Notes under the pieces: model-generated | Databases searched by the model: none | What the model saw: only the letters and a program-made list of their open reading frames with translations | Told to the model about the DNA's origin: nothing | In this document: one piece after another, positions 51,458-57,618 of the stretch | How positions within the stretch are numbered: position 1 is the first letter of the stretch | Layout: the number at the start of each line of letters is the position of its first letter | NCBI GenBank assembly: GCA_944393325.1 | Contig: CALXZU010000004.1 | Location: 1-57,618 of the forward strand | Source: an uncultured Clostridia bacterium | Lineage (GTDB): Bacteria; Bacillota; Clostridia; TANB77; CAG-508 | Direction of reading: 5' to 3' | Length of the DNA stretch: 57,618 bases | Program-made: the position numbers and the translations under genes

Positions 51458-51673
51458 TAAATCTTCTTGTAAATTTGCAATTGGATCTCCTTTACAAGCA
51501 AGTACTGATGCTGAAAATGGAACTCCAGCTGCAGATTGTGGGTATACATCTACACCATGGTCAGTATAATATGCATCAAGTCCCGCTTCTTGTATTTGCT
51601 CTATTGTAGCATTTTTAGTTAATTGATGCACTATAGTTCCTACCATTTCTAAATGTGCTAATTCTTCTGTTCC
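51450..51673 (-). pseudogene. cotJC: cotJC (Mn-catalase family) middle fragment
   Basis: GTEELAHLEMVGTIVHQLT...DHG...YPQSAAGVPFSA...KGDPIANLQEDLAA; no homologous sequence or RBS upstream. Confidence 0.88.
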
Positions 51674-51750
51674 ATGATGTTGTCAATTAAAAAATTTGTA
51701 GTTATTGGCTGTGAAATGGTATATAAAAAAGTTCACAAAGTGAATTAAAG

Positions 51751-51769
51751 TACACTAAGTGAACTTTTA
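51751..51769 (+). repeat. 19-bp direct repeat, copy 1
   Basis: TACACTAAGTGAACTTTTA, identical to 55594-55612; also the right arm of the hairpin after toxN. Confidence 0.8.
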
Positions 51770-51773
51770 TTTT

Positions 51774-52304
51774 TTAAGCTTTATATTCAGCACTTTTTTC
51801 TTCTAATAGTTTGAAATCACAACTTAGCTCCTTATAAAATTTAGCCATCTTACTTTTACTATTTTTAGTAACTATACTATAAATCTTTTCTGCTTTTTCC
51901 ATAATTTTTGCTTTATTTTCGGGCTTGTTTATGTAAGAATATTGTTCTGAAAGTAGTCTTTTATATCCATAACTTTTACTTTTTATATCTAATAAATAAA
52001 CACTTTCTTGTGGTACTGGTATCATATCTGAAAATCTAATTATACCTAAATCATTTTTTGTTTTAGTATTTCTAATTTTGAAAAAAGTTAAATTATCTTT
52101 ATATGTTTTATGTTTTGGCTTTGGAGAAAATAAAGGTGCAAAATAATAATGTTCTTCAACAATAATCACAACTCCTATGTATGGTCTTTTTTCATTTTTG
52201 TTATAAGCAATATGTTTATCAAATTGACTTAAATATTTAATATAATTATCATCTATAATATAAAAATTTAATTTTCCTAATTTTATTTTCTTTGAATTTT
52301 TCAT
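51774..52304 (-). CDS. Type III toxin, ToxN/AbiQ family endoribonuclease
   Basis: LNFYIIDDNYIKYL...RPYIGV...YFAPLFSPKPKH...LGIIRFSDMIPVP...DFKLLEEK. Confidence 0.88.
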   Translation of the reverse strand: MKNSKKIKLGKLNFYIIDDNYIKYLSQFDKHIAYNKNEKRPYIGVVIIVEEHYYFAPLFSPKPKHKTYKDNLTFFKIRNTKTKNDLGIIRFSDMIPVPQESVYLLDIKSKSYGYKRLLSEQYSYINKPENKAKIMEKAEKIYSIVTKNSKSKMAKFYKELSCDFKLLEEKSAEYKA

Positions 52305-52325
52305 TTATTCCTCCGTATTACAAAT

Positions 52326-52355
52326 ATAGGGGATACTTTTTTAAGTACCCCCATA
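52326..52355 (-). terminator. Terminator between antitoxin RNA and toxin gene
   Basis: GGGGGTACTT-AAA-AAAGTATCCCC with a weak U tract; canonical type III layout. Confidence 0.8.
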
Positions 52356-52361
52356 ATTTTT

Positions 52362-52520
52362 CTGGAAACTCGTTTATAGTAAACTAAAGGCTCGTTTCTA
52401 ACCTAATGTTCAATAGGATATTCGTTTATAGAATTCGCATTCTAAAGGCTCATATCTAACCTAATGTTTAAATTTGCACTTGTTTATGACATTAATCAAA
52501 GGCTTGTGCAACCTAGTTTA
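52362..52520 (-). ncRNA. Type III antitoxin RNA, three pseudoknot repeats
   Basis: AGGTT...AGCCTTT...TAAAC units with periods 52 and 58 nt, between promoter and terminator. Confidence 0.85.
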
Positions 52521-52554
52521 TTTGATAAATTAATTTATCAATATTAGTATATTT

Positions 52555-52583
52555 ATTATACTTCATTTTATTTACAAAATCAA
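52555..52583 (-). promoter_or_regulatory. SigA promoter of the type III TA operon
   Basis: TTGATT-17 bp-TATAAT; perfect 20-bp palindrome TTGATAAATTAATTTATCAA at 52522-52541 just downstream. Confidence 0.75.
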
Positions 52584-52641
52584 TATTTTTTGTTGAATTT
52601 TCATAAATTTCACATACATCAAGTGAATTAATTAATATACT

Positions 52642-54510
52642 CTATTTTTTATCTAGTTCACTAATCTCTTTGCTTTTTATCCATTCATTATATTTTTTTA
52701 TAAGGTTTTGTTCAAAGCCAATATATGAGTTTATATCAATATTTTTATATTGATATGTTTCATATATTTTTTTAAATATAACTGTGATAAAATCTTGATT
52801 TTCTAGTATATTATTATTTTTAATATATTCAGTCAAAGGTTTTATTTTTAACAATAAGGAGTCTTCTTCTATATTTCTACGTTTATAATTCCTATATTCA
52901 AAATCAATTGTTTTTTTGTCTATAATTTCTTGGATTTCATCTATTTTTGTATTGTCACATGATAGAATATACATCAAATCATCAAATCTATATTTCGCGA
53001 TTTTTGGAATTTCCTTATTCTCTACAATGTAATCTTCTAATCCAATATCGTAATCATCCATTTTTTGTAAATTTAATATACAATTAGCATTTTCTCCAAC
53101 TAACCAATTTGAGGCTATTTCTATTCCAACCCATTTTGCTTTTTTATTCCTAGTATCTTCAATTGATAAAATAATATCATTTTCTTTTATTCTCTCAATC
53201 TTTTTTAATTTTTGATAATAACAATATATATTTTGTCCCGTATTTAAATTTCTAAAAAAATCTAGTTCATCATTATAATACAGAATATGATATACATATA
53301 TACTATAAAATATATCTAAATAATAATTTGAATCCACATCGTTGTTCTCTACTAATTCTAAAAAAGCTGATATTATTCCAGAAAGAATTCTAATATTTTC
53401 AATTCTCGTGTTGTGCCATATTTTATTTATATCATCACTAATGTCATAGAAAAATTTTACTAATTGTCCCTTTTTCTCTAATGAAAAATCCATATTGTTA
53501 TCTAAAATTTTATTAGATAATTCTATAAATATTTTTTCGTTTGAAACAATCCTAAATTTTTTACAATCTAATTTACATTCAAACATTTCATGCACAAAAG
53601 TTTTACTAATTTCATTAGTATTACATAAAATTATAACTTTCATATCATATCTGTCAACTAATTCATTAATAATTCCTATGACTACATTGTATCTTGATAA
53701 AACTTGGTACTCTACACTACTTTCATCACTACTTCTATGTTCAGATGTATTATACATTCTTCTGTTACTCATCTGAAGTCTAGTAAGAGCTCTTCTCATT
53801 TTTCTTTTATTTATCCTATCATTTATATCTCCTAATGGTGTAATCCTTTCAAAATCATCAAAGATAAAAATGGAGTTTTGTGATATATCTTTTAATTCAT
53901 AGTCACTTTTTAATATTCCAACCAAAAAGTCTCCTATTATCGGAATTTTGTTAATTAAATTTAATATTTTTTTAGTTATTGAATCATCTTCAGTTTCAAA
54001 AATTGTTTTCATTTCTTTTAATATTGTCTCTCTACCCTCTAAGCCAAAGCATGAAATTTTATAAACTTTTCTATTTTGATACTTATAATAATTATTAAAA
54101 AATCTATTTATTGTATAAGTTTTTCCACTTCCCCAGTCTCCTATTAATAAAAAAGCTCTCTTATCTTTACTATTTAAATATTCATATATTGACTTGTATA
54201 CCTTTTGTGTTTCTTCGCTTTTTAATTCTTTTAATTGCTTTCTTTTTAGATATTTATTTTGATATAAATATTTCCTTATTAGAAAAAACACAAAATATAC
54301 CATAATAGAAATAATAAACAAATAAATCTCTACTTTACAATATTTTATAATTTGTTCATATATTTCTGATATTTTACTTGCTATATTATCGTTGAATATA
54401 AAAATTATCAGTTTTTTTATTGTTTCTCTAGAAGAATCATACATAAACATTAAATATATAATTATATTTGTAATGGATAAACTATTAAATACTTTTACTA
54501 TTTTTTTCAT
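52642..54510 (-). CDS. KAP-family P-loop NTPase with N-terminal TM segments
   Basis: LIGDWGSGKT Walker A, IFIFDDFER Walker B. Confidence 0.8.
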   Translation of the reverse strand: MKKIVKVFNSLSITNIIIYLMFMYDSSRETIKKLIIFIFNDNIASKISEIYEQIIKYCKVEIYLFIISIMVYFVFFLIRKYLYQNKYLKRKQLKELKSEETQKVYKSIYEYLNSKDKRAFLLIGDWGSGKTYTINRFFNNYYKYQNRKVYKISCFGLEGRETILKEMKTIFETEDDSITKKILNLINKIPIIGDFLVGILKSDYELKDISQNSIFIFDDFERITPLGDINDRINKRKMRRALTRLQMSNRRMYNTSEHRSSDESSVEYQVLSRYNVVIGIINELVDRYDMKVIILCNTNEISKTFVHEMFECKLDCKKFRIVSNEKIFIELSNKILDNNMDFSLEKKGQLVKFFYDISDDINKIWHNTRIENIRILSGIISAFLELVENNDVDSNYYLDIFYSIYVYHILYYNDELDFFRNLNTGQNIYCYYQKLKKIERIKENDIILSIEDTRNKKAKWVGIEIASNWLVGENANCILNLQKMDDYDIGLEDYIVENKEIPKIAKYRFDDLMYILSCDNTKIDEIQEIIDKKTIDFEYRNYKRRNIEEDSLLLKIKPLTEYIKNNNILENQDFITVIFKKIYETYQYKNIDINSYIGFEQNLIKKYNEWIKSKEISELDKK

Positions 54511-54544
54511 TTTATTCTCCTATTTTATGCAACCTTTTTATTTG

Positions 54545-54925
54545 CTATTTATTTAATAATGAATATCCACCATCTGGCGTTACTATTGAACCCGTAAATA
54601 TCTTAGATGTTGCTAACATTAAATATACTTCTGCAATTTCTTTTGGTTCTATAAATTTATTAATTGGTATATTTTTAAGCCAAGCTTGTTTCATTTCATC
54701 TGTTACTGTATCCATATAGTTTGTATATACAAATCCTGGTGCAACTGCATTTACATATATTTTAGGGGCTAATTCCATTGCTAAAGTCTTTGTGAAACTA
54801 TTCATACCTGCTTTTGCAGAACAATATCCAATAATACCTGCTCTACCAGAATAATCTATACCTCTAATTGAAGATGTGCTAACAATCCAACCTTCATCAT
54901 TCATTAAATCTATAGCATATTTTGA
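54545..54925 (-). pseudogene. SDR oxidoreductase C-terminal fragment
   Basis: SSIRG, YCSAKAG, VNAVAPG, TPDGG; N-terminal Rossmann fold absent. Confidence 0.8.
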
Positions 54926-55527
54926 ACTATTTTGAAAAATGTATATGCTTCTTCTGATTTTTTGTCATAATCAATAGATGTCGCTATAAATAAATCTGTT
55001 ATTTTTTGATAAGCCATTCTTTCGCTTGTACGAATTACTTTAATTCTTGCTAATAACTCATCAAAATATTGCCTATTTACTTTGCCACCTTTTAAAAATC
55101 TATCATCATCTAAAGCAAAACCTTTTACCATATATTCTTTTATTATTTTGTTTGCCCATTGTCTGAATTTCACTGCTTTTTTTGAGTTTACTCTATAACC
55201 AATTGATATAATCATATCTAAATTATAGTATTTCGTTTTATACTTATGTCCATTTTTTCCAATAGTCTCCAAAATGGAGAATGTTGAATCTTCTTCTAAT
55301 TCCTCTTGTTCATAGATATTTGCTATATGTTTATAAATTGCTTTATCATTAACATCAAATAATTCTGCAATAGCTTGTGCATTTAGCCAAACATCTTCAG
55401 TTTGTAAAATTACTTCTATATTAGTATTTCCTTCTTCATTCGTATAAAATACGATATTATTTTTATTTCCAATTAATTTGTTATTATAATAAACCAACTC
55501 CGTTTTTTGTTTGTTATATATTATCAA
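54910..55527 (-). pseudogene. 3'-truncated RhuM-family protein
   Basis: YNLDMIISIGYRVNS, FRQWA, EYMVKGFALDD, RIKVIRTSER; stops at FFKIVQNML*. Confidence 0.75.
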
Positions 55528-55593
55528 ACAATTGTTCTTTTGTCAATTGATTTATTATATATTTATTATATTTTGTTTAATGATTTTTATTAA

Positions 55594-55612
55594 TACACTA
55601 AGTGAACTTTTA
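55594..55612 (+). repeat. 19-bp direct repeat, copy 2
   Basis: TACACTAAGTGAACTTTTA. Confidence 0.8.
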
Positions 55613-55794
55613 CTTAAAGAATGGTGAAATTTTGAATTCATTCAGTGAACTTACGTACTCTAAAGGGCATTTTTAAGTCGTTCATTTGGTGAATTTTTAC
55701 ATCAAATTTGCTTAAAATTTTTGTTCTTTTAATAACTCTAGGAGGCTTGTCCTTCTACGTGTGTAGGTGATGTGTTAAGCATTACTATCCTGCT

Positions 55795-57312
55795 CTATTT
55801 GTTATTTTTATCTATAAAATATTCAATTTTGTCATCGATGGAATCTATTTTATTATTTTGTTTCTTTATTTCTTCCAACTGAATTTTTATGTTGTCATCA
55901 ATATTTTCTATATTTGGATCTTTTAAAAATGTCAAACCTATAGTAATAAAAATACTAATTATAGCAATAAGAATCGATACCTTTGCTAACCAAGACGTAC
56001 TTTTATAATTAGCAACTAACATTTTATTATTATAAGATACTTCTAGTTGTTCATAACTTTCTAACAATTCTTCATATCTTTTATTTTGGAATTGCAAACT
56101 ATCTTCTAAATATTTATAACTATAAAAATTGTTAGATAATTTTACATTATTAAACATCATTTTATATTTTTGAATTGCTTTTATTGACTTATCATATTCT
56201 CTATAAATTTTACTTTCTTTTTTAGAATAGAATTTATATAAATTATTTCTTATAATAGAAAGTTTTCTACTAAATTCTCCTATGTTATAAAAATATAAAG
56301 TAATAATAAAAAAGTTAATTAACTCAGATTGAATAATAAACATTTTTTGTAACTCATCGGCTTTATATATAACAAGTCTAGCTGACCTATTTATTTCTTG
56401 AGAGTTCTCTTCACAATCAAATATGAATTCAGAATCTATAAATTCATCACTTTTTTCAGTATATCTATATACAACAGATATATTATCTTTCGTTTTGTCA
56501 AAATTAAATACATCATATGTATGTAGAAATCTATTATCCTCATTTAAGTTATAATTTGTAGTATAAACATCGATACTAATAGGAGGTTTATTATTCTTTT
56601 TATTTAAACTAATATATTTAGATATAAAATCAATTGTCCTAGTTTTTATTTCTATTATATAGTCATTTATAATTTTTCTTCTTGTAATATCTGGATTCCA
56701 TGACGTTTTCGTAACTAATGTCTTTTTTCTACTATAATATTTAATATATTCTTCTTCTCCCTCACAATCAGATATTATCAAATTATTTATTTCTTTTTTG
56801 CATTCATCAGAAAGATTAACTTCAAAACTAATCCCAATAAAATCATTTGACAATTCAAACATTGTTATAGAAATAAAATCAACTATTTTATCAAGTTTCC
56901 TATCTTTTGGTGTTATATCAAAATGTTGACAGTATCTATTCATATTATCAGCAGACGCGAATTGCAACACAGCTGATTTTAAATCTTTTTCCATAACAGT
57001 AGAAATTATCTTTTTTGTAACCGGATTTTTCCTAATTAGTTCATTTAGTTCTACATATAAATTACTAATCTTCGCTTTAGGATAAGTATCAAGTATATAA
57101 ATTTGTCCGTTTAATCCGAAGTACCTATTTTTATCTATTTTTGTATTCTTCATTCTAGGAACTTTATCATTATATAATAAATTTTCGTTTATTGATAAAG
57201 GTATTATCTTGCAAGTTTTTAATCTTATGCTTTTTCTTAATCTTTGATAATTTTCAAATATTCTATCTTTAGTAGTTTTTCTCTTTTTGGAATATTTATT
57301 TTGAATTTTCAT
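55795..57312 (-). CDS. Hypothetical 505-aa protein with C-terminal TM and coiled coil
   Basis: Long ORF with AAGGAAGG RBS; no family recognised. Confidence 0.6.
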   Translation of the reverse strand: MKIQNKYSKKRKTTKDRIFENYQRLRKSIRLKTCKIIPLSINENLLYNDKVPRMKNTKIDKNRYFGLNGQIYILDTYPKAKISNLYVELNELIRKNPVTKKIISTVMEKDLKSAVLQFASADNMNRYCQHFDITPKDRKLDKIVDFISITMFELSNDFIGISFEVNLSDECKKEINNLIISDCEGEEEYIKYYSRKKTLVTKTSWNPDITRRKIINDYIIEIKTRTIDFISKYISLNKKNNKPPISIDVYTTNYNLNEDNRFLHTYDVFNFDKTKDNISVVYRYTEKSDEFIDSEFIFDCEENSQEINRSARLVIYKADELQKMFIIQSELINFFIITLYFYNIGEFSRKLSIIRNNLYKFYSKKESKIYREYDKSIKAIQKYKMMFNNVKLSNNFYSYKYLEDSLQFQNKRYEELLESYEQLEVSYNNKMLVANYKSTSWLAKVSILIAIISIFITIGLTFLKDPNIENIDDNIKIQLEEIKKQNNKIDSIDDKIEYFIDKNNK

Positions 57313-57324
57313 TTTTTTCCTTCC

Positions 57325-57618
57325 TTATAAAAAACTTACTATATCTTCAAATGTATCATATCCACTTTCACTATTTATATGTCCTCCATCTGGTATTATA
57401 ATTTGTTCTGTGGCAATTTCATCCGCAAACTCTTTTTCTACTTCATATTTTACATATGGGTCATTATCTGAATAAAAACAAATTATTTCATCTACATACT
57501 GTTTTACATCTTTCAAATTATCAAAGTACATTGATTCATTTACATTATCATATTCTTCATTTATTCCTAAATAATTATTAAATCCACATATAGATATTAA
57601 TTTTTTAATCTTTATCTT
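57325..57618 (-). CDS. Alpha/beta hydrolase, YdeN/RBBP9-like (5' end outside window)
   Basis: Frame open to the window end; YSDNDPYV and GGHINSESG motifs. Confidence 0.75.
   Translation of the reverse strand, partial: KIKIKKLISICGFNNYLGINEEYDNVNESMYFDNLKDVKQYVDEIICFYSDNDPYVKYEVEKEFADEIATEQIIIPDGGHINSESGYDTFEDIVSFL

Noticed and set aside
51404-51646. ORF-track 80-aa protein as a standalone gene
   Set aside because: Internal Met of the cotJC middle fragment reading into the att arm; similarity extends upstream of the ATG
52362-52520. CRISPR array
   Set aside because: Only three degenerate units, no spacers or cas genes; promoter-repeats-terminator-toxN layout fits type III TA
55735-55795. 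GC-richer stretch GGAGGCTTGTCCTTCTACGTGTGTAGG as an RNA gene or IS end
   Set aside because: No convincing hairpin partner or recognisable family; too short to support a call

Overview
Very AT-rich window from a spore-forming Clostridia-type bacterium; probably an uncultured gut lineage, which is an inference from composition and gene content. 1-31.4 kb is mostly housekeeping and sporulation DNA (PBP1A, Xer recombinase, pepF, dpaB/spoVFB, spoVB-like, ychF, T-box thrS, tRNA-Thr, a tail-less ftsZ, sigH, GH18) with small accessory insertions. Main result: the manganese-catalase-family spore coat gene cotJC is broken into at least three pieces. A 19,853-bp element with a SpoIVCA-like large serine recombinase sits between the middle (51450-51673) and 3' (31410-31604) pieces, flanked by an 8-bp GCAGCAGA core. 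Excision restores EDLAAEQKARATYE in frame and gives a symmetric attP. The middle piece is cut again at about 51674 and the 5' piece is not in the window. The first element carries a TerY-P-like kinase, two vWA genes and two PPP-phosphatase genes, an ATLF-type metalloprotease, a radical SAM-receiver fusion, a class C group II intron and an IS. The second region carries a type III ToxN/AbiQ system with divergent but covarying pseudoknot repeats and a KAP NTPase. Several frameshifts look like systematic sequencing errors. All family calls are from motif recognition; no database searches were run.
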